Shown piece by piece: positions 22,274 through 34,057 of a DNA stretch of 34,328 nt. This DNA comes from Asterionella formosa (lineage: Eukaryota), in contig NKIB01000241.1 of the NCBI GenBank assembly GCA_002256025.1, positions 1 through 34,328 of the forward strand. The letters are read 5' to 3'. Each line of letters opens with the position of its first letter. The stretch's first letter is position 1. The position numbers and the translations under genes are program-made. The notes below the pieces were generated by a model. It worked only from the letters and a program-made list of their open reading frames with translations, was not told where the DNA came from and made no database searches.

Positions 22274-25200
22274 ATGGGAATTGACGACGAATCGTCAGGA
22301 GTGCGGTTGCCAACATTTGATGGTAACGATGCCAAGTGGCACATTTGGAAAGCGAAGTTTGTGGCCTATGCCTGCTACAAAGGTTTTGAAGGAATCCTAA
22401 ATTGAGATGAAGTATCACCAGGTGAGAGAGATTCAGCTGGAGTGAAGATTGTTCCGAGCGACAACGATGAGAAGCGTGCGAAACGAAATAATACGGTTGC
22501 ATATGCAAGTTTGATTATGGCATGTCAGAGTGGACCATTTGGATACGTAAATGCTGCCAGAAGTGAAGAGTTCCCCAATGGAAATGCGAAGGAAGCGTGG
22601 GACAAGTTAGTTTCTACGTGCGAGTCAAGTAATATGGCAAATGTGATTGCCTTGTCAGGTCAGTGGACAAAATGCACGATTAACGAGAATGAGAACCCCG
22701 ACATTTGGTTTGTGGAGTTGGATAGAATTCGAGAACGATTGAGCCGTACGAGCTCCGCAATTTCGGATGGTGCCTATGTGGCTCACGTTGTCAACAACCT
22801 ACCGGAAGTCTACAAGAGTTTGGTGGTTGGAAAATTTGGTCTCGCGAGCTCCGAGCTCACGATCCAAGAGGTCAAGAAGAATGTACGCGACTACCGGTAT
22901 TATTACAATTTGTATGTGCGTGACAAAACCAAGACAAGTAAGAATAGCGAGCAGGCCTAGCGAGCAGGCCTTCTTTTCAAAAAGCAAGTTTAATGGAGAC
23001 TGCAGGAAGTGTGGCAAGTATGGCCACAAGGCAGTTGATTGCCGAAGCAAGGGCAATACTACAGAAAAGAGAGAATTAACTCCCGAGCAACGGAATAAGA
23101 GAAAGAATGCGAAGTGTTATAATTGCCAGAAGATGGGGCACTATGCCAGTGAGTTCAACAATCAACAAAATGTACCAATCAAACAGAAGGGAGAAGACGC
23201 CAACACCACTACGCAAGGAATGTTCGTGGTGACGTGTATTGAGGCAAGGTACAACGAAGAGGTAAATCATACGTGCATGCATAAGGACCATTGGCTACTA
23301 GATAGTGGTGCTACGGTACATATATGCAATGATGAGCGCATCATGGAGGACAAGCGCGCAGTGCATGAAACTGTTCTTGTGGGAAATGGCGCAGCAATTG
23401 TTGCGACCGTATCAGGCACGGTGACCCTTACGACGACAGACAAAGGAAAAGTGTTGAAACTCACCAATGTGCTCTATGCACCGGAGTTCACGCAGAGCAT
23501 CATCAGCATTTCGAGAATTATTGACAAGGGAATCAAAGTTATGTTTGACGATGATAAGATGACAATCAGAAACAACAACGGATTTTTGATCTGCAAACGT
23601 GATGAAACGAGGACAATTGGTGCAATGTACCATGTGCAAGGAACGCCTATTCTAAAGGAAATGGTGTTGGAGGTTGAACAAGAAAGCGAGAAGCCAACAC
23701 AACAATCTATCGACTATGATAAAGAAGACAAGAATGAATGGACGAAAGTCGACGAAAAGAAGTAAACGACGAAAGCGAAAGATGAAACGATCAAGAAAAG
23801 AAACGCGAACGAATATAATGATGTGATTGTGGAAATAAATGAAGCGCACGAAATGCTTGGACATGTGGGGGAAAAATGTCTTCGTGAGACATCGAAATTA
23901 TTTGGGTGGAAACTTGTTGGAAATTTAAAGGTGTGCGCAGGATGCACAGCAGCCAAGGCGAAAGCACGCGCAGTACCCAAGATGACGCAAGAGAAGGCTA
24001 CGACACCAGGAGAAAGACTGTCTATTGATATTAGCGGACCCTACTCAAAATCCGCTGTGGGAAATCAGTATTGGGTGATGGCCGTGGACGATTATACAAG
24101 GAAACGCTGGAGTTATTTTATCAAGAAGAAAAGTGACATCAGAACTGTCATTGGAGCGTTACTCACAAAACTTGCCGGTGCAGGACATAAGACTAAATTT
24201 TTCCGATGTGATGATGCAGGTGAGAACTCCAAGCCACTAAAGAAAGTATGTGAAAACCAAGGTGTCAAGATGGAATTTACGGCACCTCATACTCCGCAGC
24301 ACAATGGTGTTGTGGAGCGTGGTTTTGTTACAGTGCGTCAGAGAGCACTTGGTATGATGCTAAGTGCGAAGTTTACAGATGAATATCAGGGGCTATTGTG
24401 GGCAGAAGCTGTACATACTGCGACAAGATTGACAAACAGTACAGTGAATTCAGTGACTTAGAAGAGTCCTGATGATGTGTTCTATGGAGAAACGAATACA
24501 AGGCGGCCCTACAAGCTCTACAGGCAATTTGGACGTGTTGGTTGGGTTACTATAAGAGAAGGTGTCAAGAAATTAGATGCACGTTCCATCAAGTGTGTCT
24601 TTTTGGGATACTCAGATGACCACTCTCAAGATACGTATTGCATGTATAATCACGAGACAAATACATAAAACCAGTCATCAAGCAACCAACAGGATACGGA
24701 GATATCAGTACGAGAAGATAATGAAGAATTGCATGACGATTTTTATGACAAGTTCGAACCTCGAGAAGTGTCCGATAATGAAGATGAAGATGATGACAAG
24801 CAAGAATTGGGGAGGAAAACTGAACAATCAACTAAGATAGATGGTACTACGAAATACGAAGATACAGGTACCAATACCCCAATTGTGAAGGCTAAACGTG
24901 CGGAAAGTGCTCAGTCTAAGCAAGCGAAGTTGGCACGTGAAATGCGAAGATTGGACTCATCGTTCAATCCTACGAGTACGAAAATTGTGAAATTTTCAGG
25001 AGATACTGAGATGCCTGGTGTTATCAAGGAGGATGACATGAAGGAAGTTACAAAGAATACACAGATGAATCTTGTGTACAACGCAAGTCTGGCTTCTGAT
25101 CTAGGATTGCCAACAAGCTACAATGAAGCAATGGCAAGACCAGACAAGAAAGAGTGGATCAAGGCGATCAACAAAGAATATGAAAACTTCCAGTCGAGAG

Positions 25201-26813
25201 GAGTGTGGAAAGTTGTCAAGCGTGACACTGTTAAAAAGCGAACACTAAAAACGAGATGGGTGTTTCGAATTAAAGAAGATGTGGTAACCGGGAAGAAAAT
25301 TTACAAGGCAAGATTGGTCGTGAAGGGATATGAGCAAATCCCAGGTATTGATTTTACTGAGACATTTGCTCCAGTCGCAAGCGATGCGACAATCAAAACG
25401 GTAGTAGCAGTGACGATGTATAACGGTTGGCGAGCAGAGGCTATAGATGTGGAAGCAGCATTTCTAAATGCTGATGTCGATGAGAACATTTAAATTGAGC
25501 CCCCTCAAGCTTTGATCAGAGTCGATTCCGATACACATGTTTGCAAACTTGTGAAGGCTATGTAAGGGATAGTACAAGCTCCACAATGCTGGTCCAGGAC
25601 GTTTGCGAAATGTGTCACCAATAAACCAGGTATGACAAAGAGCAAGATCGACCCTATGTTATTTATGCACCGGAACAAGGATGGACAAATTGATGGTCTA
25701 CTTGTTAATTACGTGGTTGACGGTATTGTATGTGGGACTCCAAGTGCAGTGGAGTATATGAAAAATGTTATCAAGGAAGATTTCAATATTACCAAGCAGG
25801 GTATTGTACAGAAACACCTAGGAGTGGAATATGCTTGGAAAGAGGACAAGTATGGTGAATACTGGGAGGTGCAGATGCAGAAATTTCGTATGCAACTTCT
25901 ACACGAATACGAGAAGCTGACCGGTATGAAAATTCAGTCATACACAACGCCGGGCGTACCAGGAAAGACATTGAACAAAAATGACGAAAAAGTCATTATG
26001 GAAGGAGAATATCGAAAAATTGTGGGCAAGTTATTATGGTCTACAAAGAAGGATTCGCCGGACTGTGCAAATGCGGTTCGGGAATTATCGGCTCATTTAA
26101 GCTGCCCAGGTGAAGAACAATGGCATACAGTGGCAAGAGTCATTGGTTACCTATCCAATATGGAGGATAGAGTTCTCAAGTTACGTAAGCCAAAAGAGTT
26201 AAGAGTCATTGCCTACATGGACAGTGACTCGGCTGCTAATAAGGTTAACAGGAAGAGCGCGACTGGCTATCTTGTAACTATTGGCGGGGCACTTATCAGT
26301 TGGCAGTCGAAGGGACAACAAACGGTTACGCTGTCCAGCACGGAAGCCGAGTATGTGGCGATGTCCCAGTGTGAACAAGAGATCAAGTTCATAGCAATGC
26401 TACTGAATGAGGTTACTGGTGGTAAGGTCATGTTACCAAGTATCCTACGAGAAGACAATACAGGAGCTATTTTTATCGCGAAGAATCAGCAAATCGGAAC
26501 CTGGACAAAACACATTGATTATAAGTATCATCATGTAAAGGACATGATTGAGGATGAAGAATTGGAAGTCATTTTTATAAGGTCGGAAGATAATTTTGCG
26601 GACATTATGACCAAGAACGTGAAGGAACAGATTCATACGAGATTGTCCGAACCAGTTCAGAGTGGAACGATGTTACAGCCTCTTGAGCGTGGCAATGGGG
26701 AGGATGTCAAGAATATTAGCCCGAGTCACAAGGATTGTGGACTCGATTGTAATCGAACGAGTCGAATATTGCATTGCCACGTCAATCAGCTGTCTAACAA
26801 GATCAGAGATTGA
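22274..26813 (+). pseudogene. Copia C gag-pol, ancestrally one ORF, now with several stops and a frameshift
   Basis: MGIDDESSGVRLPTFDG..; knuckle CRKCGKYGHKAVDC; WLLDSGAT; integrase; RT KARLVVKGYEQIPGIDF, DVEAAFLNA, YVDD mutated to YVVD; RNaseH LSSTEAEY..EDNTGA..ADIMTK. Stops at 22403, 23763, 24459, 24666, 25491 and 25563. A 13-bp duplication at 22945-22970 shifts the frame. Confidence 0.95.
26697..26704 (+). other. Polypurine tract of copia C
   Basis: GGGGAGGA immediately before the TG of the 3' LTR. Confidence 0.85.
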
Positions 26814-27110
26814 AGATTTCTAAGGAAATGTTAAGTGGAAACTCGAAGAGAGTCTTAGAATGACTTTGCAGGAAGCAAAGATGCATGGAAAGGAAACATT
26901 TAGTTTAGCTTATAATTTAATTTGAGTTTTAGATTATCAACCGAGGAAACAGTGTGTTAATTGACAGCAAGGTCAATTAGTCTATCTAGCAGGAAGGCTA
27001 GAAGCAGAGACAAGAGAGAAAGTAAGTGGTACTAGGTAGTACTACGATCACGTAAGAGTCTACGTGAAGAGAGACCCAACCCGCGGGAAGGAGTACGGAC
27101 CATTTCAACA
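26705..27110 (+). repeat. 3' LTR of copia C (406 bp)
   Basis: Direct repeat of 21829-22237. Confidence 0.97.
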
Positions 27111-27294
27111 GCTAAAGTCACCTCCCCGGGTACCGGTATGTATTTCTAACCCTAAAATGTATGTTCATAACACAGCGGTACGGTACCGGTCCTCCTCCCA
27201 CGACTAAAGCGAACGGACAAAATACGCGGTGTTGTTACTGATCCAAAATATTAAAGACGATCCATACACATAGGTCGTCTCGCAAATCAATGCA

Positions 27295-28329
27295 ATGGCT
27301 TTCCGCGCTTGGAGCGAGCAACTAAATGCATCCTACACTTCTATTATGGAATTTGGAAGAGCCGCAGAACAAGATAAAGAAAGTCCATTGTTGTTTGAGA
27401 ACTGGTCGCCTCGCTTCAATAAGTTTTTGATGGGTTCTGCTGTTCTTTACTTTCGATGTCTTGTTCCGGGCTGCCTCCAAAAAGTACCGGTAGGACCTCT
27501 CAAGCATATCATCGCCTTGCCTCTCTATCTGTGCCTTTCAGCACCCCTGATTCTCTTTGTAGCGTGCCTCTATTTTCTCATTCTTATCCCCATTGTCGAT
27601 CTGATCCGACTACTCTGGCTAATGATTCTCTTTTCAGTGGGCCTCTATTGCCTCATTCTTGTCTCCATTGTCGATCCGATCCGACTAGTCTGGCCAACGC
27701 TTCTCACCGCTACTCTCGAAAAGGGCTCGCTCCAACGCAATTACCTTCGCTTGGAGCAAGAGGGTGAGGTCATTCACGGCACTGTATCCAAGCGATTGGC
27801 TGCACTTGGATTTTCGAAGGATACATACCATTTAGTTATCAAGTATTCAACTCCTTGCGGAGAAGTGTTTGAGACAGCACCTTGCATCATGCTCAATGGT
27901 GATGAGAGGAATGCCATTATTGGGGAACACGTTGACCTTGTATGCATACCAACTGAGAAATCTTCAGGGTATCCGAAGGTTCTGTTGGAAAAGGAAATGA
28001 AAGAAATCGAGTGGAAGCCACAACGAGGTGTGCTTCTTTGGCTTTTGTGGACAATTCCCAGTTCCTTGCTGTATTATGCAATTGCTATTGCATTCATTCA
28101 CTGTGCAAGGAAACAAAACCCTGGTGCCTTTTGTGGAACTATGCTATTATATTGGAATCTGGCATTTTTCGCCATAATCTGGAAACTAACCTTCTTTCCA
28201 AGGTATTGTGAATTTCTTGGAAATGGGGCTCGATTTTTGGCCACAAGAGTCATTCTTGAGGAGGAAGAGGAGGAGGACAATAACCATGAGGAAGATGGCT
28301 CACCTGACACATCCACAACAGTAATTTAA
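27295..28329 (+). CDS. Multi-pass membrane protein with a DUF3592-like central domain
   Basis: Clean 344-aa ORF. Hydrophobic N- and C-terminal helices flank L..EG..I.GTV..R...Y.L.I.Y....G..VDLV..P, followed by an acidic tail. The domain call is by resemblance only. Confidence 0.75.
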   Translation: MAFRAWSEQLNASYTSIMEFGRAAEQDKESPLLFENWSPRFNKFLMGSAVLYFRCLVPGCLQKVPVGPLKHIIALPLYLCLSAPLILFVACLYFLILIPIVDLIRLLWLMILFSVGLYCLILVSIVDPIRLVWPTLLTATLEKGSLQRNYLRLEQEGEVIHGTVSKRLAALGFSKDTYHLVIKYSTPCGEVFETAPCIMLNGDERNAIIGEHVDLVCIPTEKSSGYPKVLLEKEMKEIEWKPQRGVLLWLLWTIPSSLLYYAIAIAFIHCARKQNPGAFCGTMLLYWNLAFFAIIWKLTFFPRYCEFLGNGARFLATRVILEEEEEEDNNHEEDGSPDTSTTVI

Positions 28330-28392
28330 AAGACAATGAACTATTTTTTGCATCATGCACTGAAAAAAGGAGTGAGTAGTTTAATTGCAATT

Positions 28393-30081
28393 TTAGCCTT
28401 CATAGAATTTAGGAGGCCTGAATACAGCATATAGATTCATTTTGATTCTTTCAAATCGAACTGGTTTTTCTGGCAAATGAACAATAAATGCATCTTCCTT
28501 TTCAGAGTCATAGTAGCTAATCCTGTACCTATCTGCCATTTCAGTGTAACTGAAGATGTTGGTAATTGCCTTGTCATTAAACCATACTTCTCCCCATTGT
28601 GGAAGATCAGCCTTCGTATTAGTGACCATGGATCCACCATTTGTGGCCAGATGCATGTATCCATTGTTAGACATTCGATTTTTTTCAACCATTTTTGGAT
28701 TGCAAAAGACTGTAACACTTGATGGATTGTCTAATAGTATCCAGTCATGCATCTCAGATGCTTGATAGAATTGTAATTTCATGTTAGCTCCTTCCCATCC
28801 CACTTGATTGACATTTGCTTGTTGTGAAGCTTGTGGTGACTGTGGGCTATTGGAAGTAACAGAGGTAACCGTACTTGTGTCCGATGTAGTGGCCTGTGCC
28901 TGTGCATGGCTTCCTTGGGCCTTGTTGATTGCCCGTTCCTCTTTGGGTTTATTCTTCTCACGAAATCATGGTGATTTATGTCCAGCTCTTCCACAGTAGT
29001 AAGCAACATTATCCTTCTAATTGTGCAAACGATAAGTTCACATCTTCATCGACTTCGAAGCATCCTTTGATCCCTATCTTTTCTTGAGATCCCCTGGATT
29101 CATGCAACCGTTTAGTTTAGTTGTTATGTCGATGACTGTTGAGTGTTCAGCCCAGTCATAATTGATCTGTATTTGTCCTGGTATAAATAGGCCTGGAATT
29201 GACTGAATGCCTGTTCTCGAAATTTATCTTGTAGCTTGATATTTGTCTCATAGTACCCATCCATGGCGACAATGAACTTGGTTAGGATAATGAGTCCTCC
29301 AATGTGTGACTTGAGCACATCTCATGCCACACGAGATCTCTTGGTATAGTCCTGAAGAATTTCTCCATCCTTTTGCTTTGTAGTTAATTTCGTTTTCATT
29401 GCATCTAAAATGATCGACATTGAATATCGATTCTCTTGATAAGTTAGTGTGTGTTCTTTAATTGCAAAAAGTAGGTTATTGGGTGATTTTTGATCCTATT
29501 GTAATCCAATCTCGCTTTGATCTTGTTCTTCATAGTTTTGTTGCATCTTTCCCAGAGCAATGCTTATGCCTTGGTGTTATTATTTTCATAGGTTAGTAAC
29601 CTCTTTCTTTATGCATCATAATCGCAAAAAGCAACAAGGTAATTGGATTATTTTTTAATTTACATAATCCAATCTTGCTACAATCTTGTTTTTTCATAGC
29701 CTTGTTGCATCTTTCCCAGAGCCACGCATACGCCTTGATATTGTTATTGTTGTATTTATATACTCTTTTATTGTAGGCGATCATCATCTGTGGTTGCGAG
29801 GCTCACTTGCATTTTTGGCATCCATGCTGATTTGCTCATTGGCTGGTTCTAATAACTTGAGCGCGCTTCATATATCATTCCCATAGTCGAAGTTTCTTGA
29901 TATAATTAATGAGATACTCAGTATTAGTCTCATAGTCAGATTCCTGCTTCGCTGATCTGAGGTAGTATTTGTAGTCATTAACATACTTCTTGTTGGTTTA
30001 AGAAGCTTTATTGCTCCCTCCCTTAGCTTGAAACTTGCCCTTGGCCTAAGCCTTCTTGGTAAACTTTCCTTTGTCACTCAT
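28393..30081 (-). mobile_element. Ty1/copia (CoDi-type) relic D: gag plus protease, truncated before integrase
   Basis: Gag start MSDKGKF, ..DYGNDI, KAYAWLWERCNKAMK; decayed knuckle YCGRAGHKSP; protease WILLDNPSSVTVFCNP..TNGG..GEVWFNDKAITNIFS. Part of gag is duplicated internally (~29490-29590 vs ~29660-29760). Confidence 0.85.
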
Positions 30082-30499
30082 TTTGCGCCTTTTGCGACTT
30101 CGTCAGACTCTGGATGAACTGGTATCCTCAAATCTTGTCTCCGGAAATTCCATAGTTCTGCACACGTGGAAATTGAAAACAAATGTAATAAGTAACTTCA
30201 TCTTCAAGTGTACCAGAAGACTACAGGTAATGCTACATAGCGATCCTCTGTACCATCTTCTCCCATCCCCCAGGAAACGACGATAATGGAAAACACTTTG
30301 AATGTTGCAGCTGCAGCATCCTTCAGCGAAGCATCAACTATTGATTTCGAAATAGAATACTTGCTGATCAGGAATGAACCCCCATGTGAAACAAACTACA
30401 ATGCTATCGAAGCGATTCTCACAAACAATGCAACAGCGCCATGTCAACCGACTAAGGACACAATACACAACTAAAGACAATCCGAGGAAGTGGGCATTA

Positions 30500-30865
30500 G
30501 CATCAACAACAATGACAATCAGAATCAATTTTTTTACAAAGAATGGAATACCAAAACCCCTGCAAATTACATCACCAGTGCCATAGTATGCTAACAGCGT
30601 AATGACACAACGACTAACTCACGATAATCCATGGCGGCGGACATGAGCTACTGCCACCATTACAATCAGAATACAAACATCTACAATGAATGGAATAAAA
30701 AAACCGATGTTGCAGCAGCCATTAACATGAACAATGATGATAATCAGAAAAACAGCATCTACAATGAATTGAATACAAAAAAAGACGAGGCAGCTGACAT
30801 TAACATCAACAACATCAATAATCAGAACCACAGCAGGACCATCTACAATGTATGGAATACCAAAA
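30500..30865 (+). repeat. Degenerate ~78-bp coding-like repeats (NQN..IYNEWN.K) in an Asn-rich decayed frame
   Basis: AATCAGAA...TACAA.G.AT.GAATA units start near 30517, 30664, 30742 and 30819. Confidence 0.75.
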
Positions 30866-31816
30866 ACTCTTTAAATCAAATTCAGGCACAGAAACACAGC
30901 TATCGACAGCACCATATGAACCAACTAACAACGCAATGAATAACTCAAGACAATCCAAGGCAGCAGGCAATAGCATCAACAACGAATACAATTGGAGTCA
31001 TAGATACACTCCATCATTGAAGGGACTCACTCTATGATGGGAATGGTTGGAGAAATGTCACGCTTGGGCACATCATTGGCCCCCCTAAAATTCATCATAT
31101 TTGCTCTGTGTCTATCCAGGCAAGTGCGATTATTAGCTTAGTTTTAATGTACTTTAAAATTTGATTTATCTTGTTTCTCTTGTCTCCGGACTCTCCACAG
31201 TCCGCCTGCTGTTGTTTGTGATATTGTGGCTCTTCCTGTTCAGTTAATTCAATTAAAACTGTTGAAATTGCGTCCCAAAGACTTCTATTGCTTTCTTGTA
31301 TCTTGTCGGCTACCTAATGTTTCAGGATGCACCCATCAGCCATATGTATGCCATATGTATACTGGTAGCATTTTACACCGGTAACCCCCCAGGAGTACCA
31401 GGTACCATGATCGTACAAGGTGTAGAAGGGTTTGAAGGTAAAATGTACCAGGTACCATGGTACCAGCAACTTTTGAAACCCTGATACAGCGCGTGGTACT
31501 CCGAGGACAATTCTATTTTGTGATTCTCAACATCACGCTTCCACCCGGCTTTCCCTTCCACGTAATATCATTGCTCTACAACAATGGTCCTTCATCGTTC
31601 TGTTTGTGAGTTCCTTCGGATGATGGTTCTTCTTTTTGCTGGAAAAGTCAAGACTACATATACCAGAATATATATATAAATAGTTAGTAACACCACTACC
31701 GGTATTTCAAAAATGATCCGAACTATTACCGATAGGGTACCTGCTACGGTTCTTTAAATCCAGAACGAAGGATATGCGGTTTTTCGCTTTGGCCAGAAAA
31801 GACTAATTTTGGAGAC

Positions 31817-31970
31817 TTCAGGAAATTCCATGCATTTTCTGAAATTTCCTCACGCATTTCCTTACGTTTCCTGAAATTTCCTGAAGTTTCCTTAAGTTTT
31901 CCTGAAAGTCATAGTCATTTCCTGAAATTTATAGGAATTTCCTGAAAGTCATAATGCTTCCTGAATGTCA
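31817..31970. repeat. Array of short TTTCCTGAA(A) motifs
   Basis: About ten exact or variant direct copies, plus inverted copies at 31817 and 32103. Confidence 0.85.
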
Positions 31971-32514
31971 TTGTCTTATGCTGGGTGTTCTCGTTTTTTC
32001 AATTAGAAGAATTCCGCTATTTATTTTGTTGAATCGTGCTATGAATAGAAGATGTTCTTTATACGTTATAAAATATGTCGATGACCGGTAACATGTTGTC
32101 CGTTTCAGGAAAATGACCGCTGGTTGAAGGTACAACAACGAGATGCGGTCATTTTGCTTAAATAAACAATTCGATATCGGATAAAAGCAGCTAAATCCTA
32201 AGTTCAGCAAAATTACCGCAACTTGCTGGTGGATCGTTTTGAATACGTCGTCATCACCGAAGGGGAATACCGGTATTTAGTTCTTAAGTAATTTCTTTTT
32301 AATTTCTTATTAGCCAATTTGCAAACCACCTTTATACCGGTACCGGTACCAGTACTCAAATTCATTGGGATCAATAATACCGCCCACTCTGCTTGCGCCT
32401 GATCGGCCATTTGGAAGGAATTTCATAGCTGCATCATCAGCATCAGCCAAGCAACAAAAATAAAAAACGTCGCTGCATGTAATCCAAACTTGCCTACTCC
32501 ATCCAATCTTCTGT

Positions 32515-32876
32515 TAGGGTAGTAACAATATCATCTGTTTGGTGGATAGAGCGTTGGTGGAGGCTGCTTGCTTGTCAGAAAAGCAAACGGTTGTGGAGGC
32601 GAAGGTAAGTTCATTGCGGCTGGTCTCAGAGGTATCACAATCCTCGTCTCATCGGTGCCTTCATTGTTGATTGTCAAATGTCATTGCTGGAATGTCTCTT
32701 AACGAAATGCCAACTTGGGCAGTTTCCATCAGCCCAAGAAGGGGTCGTGAAACGCTAAAATATTCGACTATAGAGAAAAGTCAAGAAATGAAAATGAAAA
32801 ATTCCTTAAATAAGCATCGGCCTACATGACGTTTCGGTAGACGACATACCGGTGCAAAATTTCCATCCGTCACGAG
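32515..32876. mobile_element. Second, internally deleted copy of the CTCGTGACGG element end, inverted relative to 15446
   Basis: Ends ...CAAAATTTCCATCCGTCACGAG at 32876; 32665-32696 is a 32/32 reverse-complement match to 16112-16143. Confidence 0.75.
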
Positions 32877-33142
32877 GAACGAGGAACGAGGATTGCTCCA
32901 TGTAAAGGTTGCCTGTGATATTTGCAGAAATGGCAGTCGAACAAGTTGGTAATTTGAGTCTCGCAATATCTGCCTATGTACGGATCATGCTGAACATGAG
33001 AGTGGTTGGCGCTTAGTAGCAGATGTACATACGGAGATGTGATGTCATCCATGATTAATTTCCGTTGTATATCACAGTTGCTTGATTTAACATATCACTC
33101 AGCGACATCACATAAAAATTCATTTGGATAACCATAAAAACA

Positions 33143-34045
33143 ATGCAACCCGCCCTTATGCCAGCCTTCGAAATGCAATGTGACAGAAGTGAACCCGCCC
33201 TTATGACAGCCTTCGAAATGGAATGTGACAGAAGTGACGACATCGTTTCGTTTTTGCTCTTCTCTTTCTTCAAGATTCTTCCTAGCATCTTGTTCTGCTT
33301 GGGTTTGTATGCTCATCGCCAAGTTGTCGCGTGGGTTGGTCAAGAAGAAAAGGATATTCCCGAAATTCTGATCCATACATCTGGCGGAAATGAGAAAGAA
33401 TATGCCAAACTGAATCATAAATACATCGAACAAGAAACAGTGCCAAATTGAGCGTTGTTTGTTCTCTGTGGCATGGCTCCTGCTGTCTTCTTTGTCTGGT
33501 CTGGAACAAAATACGGACCCAAGGGTGATGAGTATGCAAATCTGTGTTCTCTATTTCGTTCAATAGGTTCGACTTGGTTCGTCACCGATGTTCTCAAGGT
33601 GCACTGTGCTCGACCCAGGCCTCACATATACCAAAGATTGGGTTTTGATATAAAGACCAAGAAATGTCAAGAAAAAGATCGACGACAAATTCAGGATGCG
33701 TTCATGTCGTTCCCATCGGGCCATGCCAGTCTCTCTTTCACCACCATGGTGCGCGTATCATTGGAGCTGACGCAAATTTTACAAAAGTGGCCATTACATC
33801 GGCTGGCCTGGACTCCCGTGGTTTTGGCCTTGTATATTGCAAGGACTCGAGTTCTAGACCACTGGCATCATCCTGAAGACATCATTGCTGGTGCTGTCCT
33901 CGGTACTGTGTTTGCTTTGTTGGATGATTCGATTGTGGTTTATTCAATTACTATCTTCCTATTGATTCTTGTCGACCAGCTCATCAATAAAGAGATTAAA
34001 CGCAACCTGAAAAAAACAAAAATAGATGGCCTGCAGATTGCATGA
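33143..34045 (+). pseudogene. PAP2-family lipid phosphate phosphatase interrupted by one in-frame TGA (33449-33451)
   Basis: Motifs C1 KVHCARPRP, C2 SFPSGHAS and C3 TRVLDHWHHPED are intact. The two ORFs are in the same frame and join as ETVPN*ALFVL. A 45-bp tandem duplication lies at the N-terminus (33147-33236). Confidence 0.85.
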
Positions 34046-34057
34046 TGCGATAATGCG

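Larger units (their letters stand above)
21829..27110 (+). mobile_element. Full-length Ty1/copia LTR retrotransposon C (5282 bp), disabled
   Basis: Two TG...CA LTRs, a polypurine tract, and complete gag-PR-INT-RT-RNaseH order. Confidence 0.97.

Noticed and set aside
15446..32876. One intact 17.4-kb giant transposon bounded by TIRs
   Set aside because: No TSD, the copies are clearly diverged, and homology extends into the same internal segment in both. Two copies of one end fit better.
2033..33451. UGA reassigned to Trp (TGA at Trp-like positions at 2033, ~6433 and 33449)
   Set aside because: Intact genes use TGG for Trp, and CRBN, the 10647 ORF and PAP2 all end in TGA. The TE relics also contain TAA and TAG stops. 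Ordinary nonsense mutation explains it.
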